Below are positions 1 through 12,604 of a stretch of DNA of 64,000 nucleotides, in pieces. The DNA lies in assembly GCA_964247055.1 (NCBI GenBank), contig OZ176053.1, positions 5,518,001 through 5,582,000 on the forward strand. Reading direction: 5' to 3'. The stretch is from Paragordius varius. Its lineage: Eukaryota > Animalia > Nematomorpha. The position numbers and the translations under genes were made by a program. Under the pieces are notes generated by a model. That model was not told the DNA's origin. It made no database searches and saw only the letters and a program-made list of their open reading frames with translations. Each line of letters starts with the position of its first letter. The first letter of the stretch is position 1.

Positions 1-249
1 AACACATTTTTACAATATAATATAAGATTTTCGACGTTGCCCCACACTTACTTTGTTAATAAATATAATATTTTAATACCATAGAGCTCTTGTTTTTTTC
101 GTTCTTTAACAAATATTTATGTCCATTCAAAAAATAAATTGATAAAATAAAGGAAACAGGACTGTAATACCATATACGGCATAAATGTTGAGAAATTAGA
201 GTGTTGAAAAACAGTTTTTAGCAACAATGTGTTTAAGTAAAAATCAGAC

Positions 250-1024
250 TTCTTTCCAATTCCCGTTGTTGCATATGCTTTGGTGCACCACCATAAATGC
301 AAGCATTCCGAATTTTATAGGGCGTTCCAAATTCATCAGCCACCGACTTTACCTGAATAGCTAATTCTCGAGTAGGACAAAGCACCAAACACTAATATAA
401 CAGAAGTTATAAAATTTATATAAGCATGTATCATATTTTTAAAATATATTAAGTTAATTATTAAAATATAGATGGTATTGGTCCAAACAATTAATGTAAT
501 CCGGATTATAAGTGTGACTTCAGTTTAAAAAATATCGAAAACGTTTTAAATTATGATTAATAGGGCTTGAACGAGATAATTTTTTGTGAAAAAAGTATAA
601 AAAAATATAGATGTTTTTTATAAGAATTTTTGTGCAATTAGAAACAAAATGGCAAAAAAACAGATTATAGATTTTGATGTTATATAAAAGAGGAAAAAGA
701 AATTTTCCTCTATTATTTTTATAAGCTTTTTACCTTTTTTCGCTTTTTAGCATTCTAATCATTTTTTACTTAATAGTGATTATGAGTTTTTAATATATTA
801 ATTACAATGGGTCCATCAGTACGACTCAGAGGTGGTTGTCGACTAATGTGAATGAGTGCGGGGATAATAAACCCAAGTGTTTTTCCAGAACCAGTTTGGG
901 CGATTGAAACCATGTCGTGGCCAGAAAGCGCGATTGGCCAAGAAATCGATTGAATAGGTGTTGGACATTCCCAATCTTGGCTTTGTAATGTGTGTAAAAT
1001 TGGAGCTATTATATTTAATTTCAA

Positions 1025-1085
<61 letters not shown>

Positions 1086-1566
1086 GATGGAAACCGTAAA
1101 TTTTAACATTATTCAAGCTTTTAAAAAATTGTAGCTAAATAAATATAAACGAGGAAAAGGAGCTTCTTGAAAGGTCAAAATAGGTTTGGGAACATTATGG
1201 CCTTTGATGATAAGTTGATTCATTTCATAAAATCTTTGAACTTCTTGCTATAATAATTATAAAAAAGAATTACGTCTGGCCTCGTTTCGGTTATTTGTGA
1301 TGGTACGTAATTATTAATTCTCTCAGATCCACTGCTAACCATGGAATGAGTTTGTCTAACTCCACCGTCATTTCTCTTATATGGTTGATATCTTGGCTGA
1401 GAATTAAATTTTGCAGGCCCGAAATTTGGAGCATTATGTTCCTATAGAGAATTAAGTTAGAGTAAAAAAAACTAACAGATACATATGGATAATTCATGTC
1501 TGCGGGTGGTTGTCCCGGTGGGGGCATCGGTGGTGGCATATTAGAAAAATTTGTTTGATAATACAT
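250..1566 (-). CDS. DDX5: DEAD-box RNA helicase p68/DDX5/DDX17 (Dbp2) family, 5' part; gene continues past the left edge of the window
   Basis: Phase-consistent GT-AG exons 1566-1483, 1441-1274, 1247-1151, 1005-806, 391-250. They encode QEVQRFYEMNQLIIKGHNVPKPILTF, the Q motif (PTPIQSISWPIALSGHDMV), motif I (AQTGSGKT), GPI|CLVLCPTRELAIQV (motif Ia) and CIYGGAPK. The KGHNVPKP and GDGP-like segments are typical of the p68/Dbp2 subfamily. DDX5 versus DDX17 cannot be resolved. Confidence 0.93.
1028..1082. repeat. (TA)n microsatellite in DDX5 intron 3
   Basis: About 27 uninterrupted TA units. Confidence 0.97.
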
Positions 1567-3932
1567 TTTAGGTTTTTGCTTTAAAAATGGCGATGCGGAA
1601 CTCGATAACAATCCTAACCGGGTGCGAAAAAATACAAACATATACTGATAAATAAATTAAAAAATAATAATAATAAACATATATATTAAGTATAAAAATT
1701 TTAATTTTAGCTTTTGACTTTTTCTAGGTATGGTTACATATTAGGGCTATATCCAGAGCTTTTGTAAAAATTTGATTTTAAAAATATTTTCAAAATGTGT
1801 ATTTTATTTTTTATATTATAATGGAAAACTTATTTATGATTTGGTAAGTAAGTCAAAAATTAATTATTTAACATCTTCAAATAAAATGCCTGAAAAAAAT
1901 ATACTAATTTTATACTTTCCTAATTAATATTACCCCGTTTTATAAACGATCTAAGAAAAGAATTTTGAAATTAGATTAAATTTTAAAGAATTTTTTAAAA
2001 AAAATTATTATGCGACGCTTTACACAGTAACATAAAAACTACTATGACAAAATCTATCAGGATTTTTATGTGTTTTTGGTTTTGGCTCTTAGTTAATTTA
2101 AAAAATATTGGCATTTTGTGGACACTGCACCATATCACAAAATAGTAAAAACAGGTTATCATACAATTTTAAATTAAAGCTAAATGCTTATCACTCAAAT
2201 ATATCATAAACTATATATAAAAAGCAAAAATTTTAAAATGTGGGCTATGAAAGTATCAACCCGTCGGAAATGTGCAAATAAAAATAAAGGAGAAAGAGCC
2301 GTGAGTGCTTTACAAAGATTCTATACCAAATTGAATATATTGGTTAAAAAATTAATTTATATAAAAATTTTGTTGAAACGTACTTCAGACCATTTTGAGG
2401 TATGATAGAAACGGCATAAAACGCTTATCAAAAAACACCTTTTTATATAATTCAATGAAGCTAAACATTTCGATAACCTCAGAATTTGGATTAAAATATT
2501 TGTTCGTTTTAATTTATTTTAAATAGAAAGTTTTCACAGAATCCAAATATAAAGGCAATTAATTAATTGAGCTGATAGATATGCTCAGCATCCTCAAATT
2601 ATATTAAAATAGGCGTTTTTATTCATGCTTCAACAAAATTTTAAGAAATTAAATTTTTAGGCAAAATATCCATTTTCGGTAAAAAAAATTTCTATGTAAA
2701 AATTCATACTTTTAAAGTTTTAAGAAAAAACATAGCCAATTTTAGAAGGGTAAAAAAATTTGGACTTTTGGAGTCCATATCTAAATTTATAAAAATTATG
2801 TTTTACTTTTTATATGTATTTAATAATATATTTTTTAGAATGAAGCCTCAAGCTTTCACCAAAAGGAATGACATTTTCATATGGACTTGCCACAAAAGTG
2901 TAAACAACATTTTTAAATCACTCTTAAGAGCAATGGCAAGAAGCAACATGATTCTGATACAATTAATTATCATACATGTATTACATCATATTATAATACT
3001 CCGGGTTGACGCATGCCTGGATTATTTAAGGATTTTATGCTACAATTCTACCTTAGTTTATTGAAAATCTATTTTATATCTTGATGTTAATATCTATAAA
3101 GATTGCTTGACTTTGCTCTTTTATTATAATAAAAGGGCAAAGTCAAGTAAATACAGTTTTGTACTAGGAAGACTATTGTATATAAACGATTGTTTATTAT
3201 TATGGTAACTTATATTTTCGAACAAATATTCTGGCTTATTATATAACTTATATTTTTTGCTCTTTTCCAGCTTCGTCTAGAGTCCAAAATCAAGATATTC
3301 CAAAACCCGTGTCAAAATATTTTGAATGTTTCCAATGTTTAATTGACATTTTTAACCATATACCCAGTTATTAGCTTGTTGGATTTAGCTATATAAAAAA
3401 TCCAAAAAATAGCGGCTTAAAAGATTGAGATAAGGATTTTCAAACTTCATATATGCGCTTAGAAAGCTAAAGAATGCATATTAATAAATTTGATAAAATA
3501 TCTTAAAATTTAATTTCAATTTAAAATCGCAAACTTTGATTTAAATAAAATTTAAATCGCAATCCAACTATTATTCTACCAGCGCGCAATGGGATTTTTG
3601 GATAATTGTTAGATATGCAATGATAAGCTTAAAACTTGGAACTTATATTTCAGCATTAAAAATTAATCCCTTATAGAAAGTCTAGTGTCCCCTAGCTGTA
3701 GATCAGGTCATAATAATTAAGAGATAAATTTACAAAAAATATTGTTATAACATAGTCAATCACATTTGAATACTTGCTTAATTAGGATTTTAATTTTCGA
3801 ATTTGAATTTAGTTTGGGATTGTACTAATTCTGTGTTTAGTTTTTTATTTTTTTCTTCACCTAGTTCATTTATTATACAGCGAATATTTATTACAATTTT
3901 TGTGATTTCTAGATTTGTTATATATTTTTTAA

Positions 3933-4466
3933 TCTATATATTTATAAAAATGGAAAATGCTGGCTTTGTGATCTGGTACAGAAAAACGGGTAGACCCAAT
4001 CAAATCCAAACTTCGAAAATATATAATCATTAATGAATGCCCCGACAATAGCTTCGCCCTTTTTTTGAAATAGGCCCCCAGTTCGGGCCCATTCCGTGTG
4101 AAAAATGGGTTAAGTCAATTTTTTGGAGAACGTGTTGCATTCAATTTCAAATATGATTTTTGTTTACTTATTTTTGATCGCGCTGAACATAGTTAATTTG
4201 GGCCCTCTTTTTACCCGCTACCCCCGTAAAATGCCTTTTTTTCAAAAAAAAACCAAGTCCACAAATATAATTTTTTAAATCTATTTTTCCCCCAAGTAAA
4301 CAATATATTAGTATGAATGCACCGTTTTAAAATTCCTATATAATCATATTCAAACAATGTTTCGAAACCCACCTAGGTTCATTTCATTGTCCCTTATTCA
4401 AATAGCTCCCCCCCAGAAGTCCGAAGGACTTCCTCGTGCTGCGTAGCAGCACAAGATTTACGCTAG
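3933..4466 (+). mobile_element. Non-autonomous Helitron, complete 534-bp copy
   Basis: Begins A|TCTATATATTTATAAAAATGG. Ends with hairpin GTGCTGC-GTA-GCAGCAC (4436-4452), then CTAG|T (4463-4467). Inserted between A and T with no TSD. Homologous copies at 40908-41553 and ~56850-59200 on the minus strand. Confidence 0.85.
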
Positions 4467-6754
4467 TTAAATAATAAAATCAAAATCACATTATCATTGC
4501 TTTCAGTATTTGTTATTCAATATTCCACATCTTCTAAGAGTTATATAATTACAAGCAGATGGATAACTCACATTGGTATATAAACTGTTATATTAGGATT
4601 AGCGAAAATATTTAATTTGCATATAATATGATACCTTTTCTTTATACAATGATAAAAAACTTCTTTTATTTTAATTTTTCATGTAAGAATCCTAGATTAT
4701 AAATATATCGGCAAAATATAAATAAATATTTATACGACCTAAAAAAATTGGCAATTTCTTTTGAGCGCTTATTATCTGTTTACAATAATTGAATGTTCGT
4801 TTAGATTAAATTGTTGTTGTTGATATATTGATACCACGAAGAGTCATTTTATATACATAATATTAAAACCATTTTTGTTTATTATAAGGTTTAGCTACTT
4901 TTTTAGATTATTAGTTTGATAAAGGAAACTCAAATGCTAAAACCCCCAATTTTTAATATAATTTGGCTAAGGAATTATTAAAAACTAAATTTTGTAGCTA
5001 CCATAGAAAAATAAATTTTTATACAAAACTTTAAGTGGCATGCATTAGTTTTCGGGAGTTGGTATGAAAAATTACTACTAAAAGCATAAACTAAATTTAA
5101 AACATAAAAGGATCCATATATATTTATTCCAACGCATTTTTCAAACTAAATTTAAGCCATTTCTTTCCCGTTTTAGTTGGCAAGCTTTTGTCCTTAAAGC
5201 CAATTGTTCTTCACTAGTTAACGTTGGATGATTTGATAGATAAAATTTGGTTTGAATTTGAGAATTGCGAGATCCGGATGAACTGAATGATTCGTTTGAA
5301 AGCTTTTTTAGATATAAATTAAAAAATGCAAAACCATATAAATATAAATAAAATTATATTTACAATGTTAATTAAATTAAATATTCCTAATTATATATTC
5401 GTGTATTACTTTAGATATTGCGTTTTCCATGGCGTACATGCGCATTAGGTCGTTGTCTAAATTTCCGGGATGGTATGAACTGTCTAAATATTTAATAACT
5501 TTTTTGTTTAATATCTTAAGTTTAATATGCTAACAAGACTTAAAAAATATTTTAATCAAAAACTTCCATATAAACATAATGCACTTCAATACAAATTGGG
5601 CGTGTTTAAAATAAATTATTGCAAAAATATTTTTCAAACTTTATTATATAATTTAAATAAATTTTTTAAAGTCTACGGCTCAGGCTATATGCAAAAAAGA
5701 GGCGAACTTATTACAAAAAGGTTCTTAGTCATATATTTGCCATAGAATAAAGACATATTCAAACTTTATTAATTTCCTTTAAAAACTAACTCTTAAATAT
5801 TTATTTACAAAAATAGTTTTATGCCCAGATAAGGAATTTGATTTTAATTTCAGCAAATTAATCTAAAAATGCAGTCTCAACTATTCTAATTAGAGCAAAG
5901 CAAACTTATATTTTTTCCTGAAATTTTATCGACGATTTGTGAATAGCTTTTAAAAATGGTGGTTCCATGATCAGCCATAATTGAAATAACCTGATAAATA
6001 TATATTCTGATAAAAAAAGGTATCAGGATTACATGATGCTTAAGGTTTTGGCCCTTACTAGTAAATTAAGAAATTTATTTACATTTTTCTGGTAAGTCAT
6101 CCATATCAGTAAATGGCAAAATTTGGGCACATTTTTTAATTATTTTTTTGAGCTAGAGGCTTCATTCCAAAAAAAATCAGTAAAATATATTATAAAATCC
6201 ATATTAAAAGCAAAACAATCTTTTCAAAAAAATTTAAATTTTAGATCAAGTTTACTTGTAAGGTCCAAAACCAAAAATTTTCCTAACAGAATAAATATAT
6301 TTCATCAGCTTATTTTTTGAGGACACTGTGTATAATAATAATTATGTTAACGCCTTATGCTGATTTTATTTTTCTTAGCCATATTTTTGTGAATATTTTA
6401 GCATCAATAAAATTGTTTTTATGCACCAAAGGCAAGAAGAAATGCTTCAAGAATTGTCATGACCAAATCAATAACTGGGTTATTTTAATTGATGACAAAG
6501 AAAAAACTCATCATTTTTGAAAACAACTATTTAGGTACATAGATTTTCAATAAATATAAATTATCTAAGAACCGTTTGACAAAATAATGATTGCGCATAT
6601 CACTTATGATAAAAACCATGTTGGTCGCAAAATTCCAACTCTCCTTCAATTAAGAAGGGTCAGCTTAGGTTATTTATTATTAAAGAAAGCGATAATCGGC
6701 GTTTTTTATTAACCTACCTACTTGGAATTCACAAGTTATAAAGCTAATTTTTAG

Positions 6755-8964
6755 CTATAATATAAGAAAAATACTTATTGAATCGGTTTGCGATCCCTCA
6801 TCTCGCCAAGATATATGTGGGCTTGACACATTTTTAATTTCTCTACCATTATTATTATTGTTATTATCGCTTAAATATTCGTATTTATTGGGTGGGTATA
6901 CTTCTAAAGAGCCTCTTGAATTTGTATTTTGGGGACCACGCCATATCATGATACGATCGTCAGCATTGTTAAAATCATTTGCATAAGGTGCTGTTTCTGA
7001 AAATAATTATGTTAAAATAAGTATTAAAAAGACTATATTCACAATTCTTTTACCTTGTGGAAAGTTATAATGGACCCACAGTGATCTTAAAAATGATATA
7101 TTTAAACTATCTGTGAATACAAAAAAAATACATTATATGACCTCAGCGTATTATTTTCTAAAATATATTTTTTGAACAGTGATTTAAAAAAATTCAAACT
7201 TTTATTACATAATTTTTTAATTTTTTGAGCTTCCTATAAAGTATATAAATTTTAAGTATATAACTCAATTGATTAATGACTGCGAATGTTCAATAATTAT
7301 TAATCAGCTGTTTGGTTTGAAATTGGTTTAGTAACCTAAGTATAGATCTAAAAGCAGTAGGACATCCAAATAATTATTTACTAAATAATTTTAACTTTTA
7401 TATAATACTTTTTAGCCAATTAAATCAGAAATGGCAAATGTTAGCTCTCGTTACTGCACATTAATAATTTTATCCTAAATCAGGGGTGCACGCTTCGGGG
7501 CCGCATCAACTCAAAAAATAGGCCGACCGCATTCGAAATTTAAATGGGCATTCATTTGTTAGATTTTAAGCATAAGGTTGCAAATAGCAAACTCGATATT
7601 ACAATTTTTTCTATTTCTTCCCAATTAGATAGTTTAATTTTTGAAAATTGTATAAGAAATATCAATTTTACTAGATTTTGTAAGCATATTTTTGCAAACT
7701 ATGAATTTCCAAAATTTTTGCGGGGCCCACAAAGAGCTTCGAAGGGCCGCATTTTGGACACCCCTGTCGTAAAAAAGCAATCACTGATTAATAATATGAA
7801 ATGACTCAAACTACCTTTAGTCATAAATGGGGATGAGATTTGTTCCCCACTAAAACTTGTACGATAAAGATCCCGACAACGCATCTCTAGATCTGAACGT
7901 CTGACATCGTCGGCGTTTGAGGAAACTTGGGATAAATTATCACTTAGGTCTATACTAGTTGTGCTTGATCCACTACTTGAAACTAATGTGTCAACTGAAG
8001 GATTAGATATTAAGGCGTCATAACTGGGGTTAAACAGTAGGTTATTGTTTGAATTTTTCCGTGACATGTAATCTCGTGAGCTTTTGGTTAATAGAGAATC
8101 TTTCGGTATTTTCCGTACTCCCATGTTTCCATACTGTGATTGTGGAGTGACTTGAATACCAATGTTTTGCATTGTGGAGGTGTATTCGTCTTTGGTTTCT
8201 CGATTATATCTGTCTGTGTTTGAAGTAAAATTATTTTTCAATGGTCTAGTTTGAGATAATATATTCATTTTGTGGAAAAGTGCAGTTTTCCTCAGTTCCG
8301 TTATCAAATTCTCCGTTGTTAATTCCCTTGAAAATCTGCGGACATTCTTGTTTAAATTTTGATCCGTAAAATCATTTGATTTGGGCCAATAAGGTTTGCT
8401 ATTAGCAGCAACCGTATATGAATTCGCATTTTTCCAGGAGTTGTCCTGATAAAACTTACCAGGTTCGTCGGATAGAAAGCGCGTAAACTCATTAATTGTA
8501 TTGGGTTTATCAAATTGTTCTGAAATCCTTAAAATCTGGCCAAAAACTTGCAAATGTTTGAGAAATACAGGGTTAACCAGCCTTTCACAGTTACCGCAAC
8601 AAGATTGTGGTCTATGATGGCCATCACCGGTTTCATGATGCAAAGGAGGTGACATGGAATGTATATTTGCTTGATAACTCAAATATGGATTGTATCCGAA
8701 CAATGGGGAACCTTTAATATTAGAAAATAAACTGGTAAATTTTATAAGGATTCGATAGAGAACAAAATAATCTTTAGTTTTTTCATAGATTCCGACTTTA
8801 AAAAATTTTAAATTATATAAAATTGGTTTACCCAAATTCGTCATTACTGAAGAATGCTGCAGCCCAAGATATGGAGATTGAGCTGTCCATGTGGGGGAAT
8901 AATTATATAATATGGGATTATATCCTAATGAGGTTCTGTGAATGTCATTCGAATATATATTCAT
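6755..8964 (-). CDS. Hypothetical Ser/Asn-rich protein, multi-exon; 3' exon chain uncertain
   Basis: Long ORF 8964-7815 with a probable 120-nt intron at 8831-8712 and a donor at 7814 (AAAG|GTAG). Downstream coding-like exons 7085-7054 (SLWVHYNFPQ) and 6996-6755 (ETAPYANDFNNADDRIMIWRGP...) join each other in phase 1. The 7815-to-7085 junction is off by one phase, so an exon or alternative site is missing. No family recognised. Confidence 0.7.
7481..7766. mobile_element. hAT-type (Charlie/Buster-like) MITE in an intron of the hypothetical gene
   Basis: TIRs CAGGGGTGCA...TGGACACCCCTG, subterminal GGGCCGC motifs, degenerate 8-bp TSD TCCTAAAT/TCGTAAAA (6/8). Related sequence at ~60640-60900. Confidence 0.7.
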
Positions 8965-9346
8965 TGTGAGAAAGAAAAAAAATGAAAGAACTGAAATTTA
9001 ATTAAATATTTACATGATGAAAGTAAAACTTAACCCATTAATAAACTTTTTGATTGTTACCTATTTACACTATTTGGGATTGATTGTTAAAAATCTAAAT
9101 TGTTCGATTCAATTTTTCATTCGATGTTATTATTATTACAAAAATTACTCCTATAATCATATTATCTTATTATTTAAGGTTTAATAAACTGTAGCTCGTT
9201 TTGATTGAATGTCTGGCCAAACTTATGTTTAATTCAGAAAATCAAATAATCTTTCATCAAACGCTAAATAATAGGTAAATATTTTTATGATTTGTTGAAG
9301 ATCTCCTCCTTTCCACATTTGTTTTATACAGTCCATTCGTTTTTTA

Positions 9347-10827
9347 AACTGGAACCGGTTCCGTTGGGTTGGAACCACGGTTCCACTTCTTTGGGGACTA
9401 CCAGGTCCCATTTTCAAATTCTTAGGCACCAGACCGGTTCCGGTTCCAAATAAGTGGCTCCCATATGTTTTTATTTATTAAAAATAAAATTAAATGTTTA
9501 AATTATTATTTAAATTTGATCGTATGATAACATTTTTTGGTTTCATATCAAAATGGAATGATCATCCTAATGTTAAATAATTTTTATATTATTTTTTATA
9601 AATTGAAATTGTGATAATATTTTATTCTCGTATTCGATAGAAATGGATTTATCATTTGATAATTGTTTATATCTATCTTTTATGTATAGAATTAGACATA
9701 ATTATTTACGAAGATTTATTTTAATCTATAGATTAAGAACATACCTTATGTATTAAATAATCTGGTAAAAACCATTAACTATATATATTGGGGTCTCATA
9801 GCTAGAAAAATAGAAAATACGAAAAATTAACCAGGTTACGCCTTCTCATATTCTCTAGTAAAAATTTTAATGTATTCACTGTAAATAGTTTTACAATCCC
9901 TAAATTTTAACATATCACGTTTATAAATAACCCATAACGAAAAAATGAGTCATCCTATATAACAGTGGTACTCAAACTGCGGCCCACGGGCCGGATTAGG
10001 TCCTTATATCGATTTTTCTAGCCACAGATTTTGCAAAAACATAAAAATTTTATGTGTGGTATTACATAAGCGGTAGATATAGCGGCTCACAACATAATAT
10101 TAGGTATATATTCAGTGCCAATATGATAGCAAGGATCTCGCCATTTTATATAATGTATTTAGTATTTCATATTTTCATTTTTTTACACGCAATGACATTT
10201 GGGTAGTTAGTTACCCCGGAGCTTGAGTTAGTAACCAAACCCGCTTCTACTGTATAAGATACAAATAGTTTTTACGTTTTTCAACCTCTATATTCCCTGA
10301 TTGGGATAACTCAAAACGCGATCGAACTAAACAGCTGATTTAAAATCCATAAATATCAAGTATTTGCGGAATGTTACTTGAACGCTTTTAAAGATCAATT
10401 ATTTACATTTTCTTACCAAATATATATATATATATATTTGTCTGTTATATAACTGATTTAACAATATTAATGAAGAAATAATGGCAGCAAAAAAATTGAT
10501 TTATTTACAATTTATTTTTCAAAAAAATGTATCAGACGCCTAAAAGACTAAAGAAAGCATAGTTTTAAATTCAGCCTAATGTTTAAAATATTTTTTAATT
10601 AAATTTTAAATGGCCTTAGGGTATAAAATTACCCCAAAAGGGGAACATGTTTATAAATATTTTAGGCATATACTAACAATATAGTGTGAAAATTAATAAA
10701 TGAAAGGCAAATCAAAGTGAAACCGCAAATGTAAAAACCGGTTATGGAACCGTTCAATTTTCAAGAAACCAACCCGGTTCCAAAATTTTAGAAACCACCT
10801 AGGTTCCATTAACTTCTTATAGCCCTG
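9347..10827. repeat. Two clusters of GGAACC(GG)/GGTTCC motifs (9347-9450 and 10730-10810); possible ends of a decayed non-autonomous DNA transposon
   Basis: Short GC-rich motif repeated several times in each cluster, resembling hAT subterminal repeats. The right cluster ends in AGCCCTG, but no matching left TIR was found. Confidence 0.35.
9963..10121. mobile_element. hAT-type MITE remnant
   Basis: Left end CAGTGGTACTCAAACTGCGGCCCACGGGCCGGAT is typical of Charlie-like elements. The right end is degenerate. Confidence 0.5.
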
Positions 10828-10929
10828 TTATCTTAAAAAGTATTTCCTCCCTTTTATACCATGTCTATTTTTACCGGTTTTTTGGTAAAAAATATAATTT
10901 TGAAAGGAAAATATTTATTTAATTAATAA

Positions 10930-11830
10930 AAAAATTGGGCATCATCTTCTCCACATTTCGTTCATCCCTCAGGTAATATAAGAATGTCAAGCCAAAAAAC
11001 TGAATATCTTTTACAGAAAACCATTTGTTAATCTATTCCAACGTCCAAATTATTGAAGTGCTGCCTACGATAGTGTGCCCCACTGATGCGAAGCTGTATT
11101 ATTCAGATGGCGCCAGAGAGTTCAGTGGAGGTGAAAAAATCCCATCAACAAGGTGTTTTTCACTGGTTTTGCTGTGTGAAACGGAGCATTGTCATGTAGC
11201 AAAATACTTTACTTTATTTACTGCCCATTCCGGTCGTTTTTCGATTAATGCATGGTTATTGATCATTTGTTGGCTATAGTTGTGTATTAAGGGCTTGACC
11301 GGTTTTTAAAAATTCCGAATATAAAATAACGTGGTTCCACAAAACCCAGAACACGGTTTTTCTGCAGAAGCGATTTGGCATTGATGTTGATGGATCGGGT
11401 TGGCAAAATGATTTACAATTTTTCAGCTTTGGATTAAAATAAAGTCATTTCTCATCACCTGTCCCAATTTGATGCATAAATGATTTTTTCTGTTGTAGCA
11501 GGATTTCACAAGTTAATTTTAATTTGAGTTCATTTGTGTGGGGCCTATTTACCGAGTTTAATCCTTTTCATTGCTGGTAGATATCATCGATTGTTTTTTT
11601 ATGATTAATGTAATGCTTTTGCCAATTGCTAAGTTTGATAGCGTCTTCGCAGTTGTGTGGTGTACAACAGGGCAAACTCTCTTTCAGATTAAAATCATAA
11701 CAGCTATTTTGAGACCACCTTTCACATGTGCTATCGATAGAGCATGCTCTGTGTCTCTGCCAGACGATATATTTCAACAGCCTTTTTCGCAATGATTCCG
11801 CCATATTAAATCAAATGATCTGAACACCAA
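10930..11830 (-). pseudogene. Decayed mariner (DD34D, Mos1-like) transposase
   Basis: Minus-strand translation across stops and frameshifts gives AESLRK..STCERW, LTCEILLQQKKSFMHQIGTGDEK* (11448-11462), PNRFCRKTVFWVLWN, LHDNAP (11185-11196), LAPSE and ILPE.WTKC. These are colinear with Mos1 TCERW, TCEILL, FLHRIVTGDEKW, PNRFGKKTML, LHDNAP, YSPDLAPSD and KLPERWEKC. TIRs not identified. Confidence 0.88.
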
Positions 11831-12333
11831 GTCATTTAATGATATCAATTGCTGTAATACGTTATTAGATCAAACTGTACCTTCCAATAGATTAGAAGAC
11901 TGATGTTGGGTGCATGTTTCTGCCATAAAGCAAAGCAAAAAGGAAAAACTAATCAAAATTTGACATAGAGATGGCTGCTTTTTAAAACTTAAAGGGGCTT
12001 AGAAACATAGAAGTAAGCGCCGTTTCTCCCTTCCGTAAAGGATTTCACTTGTTTGATTTGTTTATTCGGTTAAATTATTATATCACTAAAGGTCCCTAAA
12101 TTGTAATAGCGATTAAAATGCACTTGTAAATTAATGTCTAGCCTAAATATTGGGTGGAGATATAATAAGGGACTATTAACTTTTAAAATACATTCCTTAA
12201 AGTAGAGTGTATAAAAATTTAAAAACAAAAATAATGACTTTATATAATTTTAAGACATAAAGCTACTCTTTATAACTAATTACTGGTTTTACTATGGAAT
12301 TACCATTAAATTATAAACATATTTCATATTTAA

Positions 12334-12600
12334 CACTTCGATTCAAATTGGGGTATCTAAATACCCCAGACTAATTTAAATTAAATTTTTTAAAAAACTA
12401 CTGAAAGAAACGGTCTTAATTTAAATTTATGCTTCTATCCTGATAAATATTATATAAATATGCCAAAATATCTTGATAAAATTTTGTTTTGAAAAAAAAT
12501 TCCATCTCAAACTACTTCGACTCCATTTTTATTTTACAAAATCTTTCCAAAATATAGTCCTGATGTTATTTTAAGGGTAAAATTAAAGCATATTTTTTAT
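12334..12600. mobile_element. Partial TTAA/piggyBac-type MITE (short-end half)
   Basis: TTAA|CACTTCGATTCAAATTGGGGTATCTAAATACCCCAG start, colinear with 12605-12890. It ends where the adjacent full copy begins. Confidence 0.75.
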
Positions 12601-12604
12601 TTAA

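Noticed and set aside
843-1109. ORF with YIYIYI repeats
   Set aside because: Artefact of reading through the (TA)n tract, and it overlaps a DDX5 exon in another frame.
2184-6520. Short ORFs of 60-98 aa in the DDX5 upstream region and in other introns and repeats
   Set aside because: Composition (F/I/K/L/N-rich) is that of translated AT-rich non-coding or TE sequence, with no splice-compatible or homology support.
7699-7814. C-terminal part of the 421-aa ORF, and the opposite-strand ORF 7544-7804
   Set aside because: Read-through past the splice donor at 7814 into intron and hAT MITE sequence.
11571-11795. + strand ORF with a GPCR-like AIDR motif
   Set aside because: It is the antisense of the mariner transposase, which explains the region far better.
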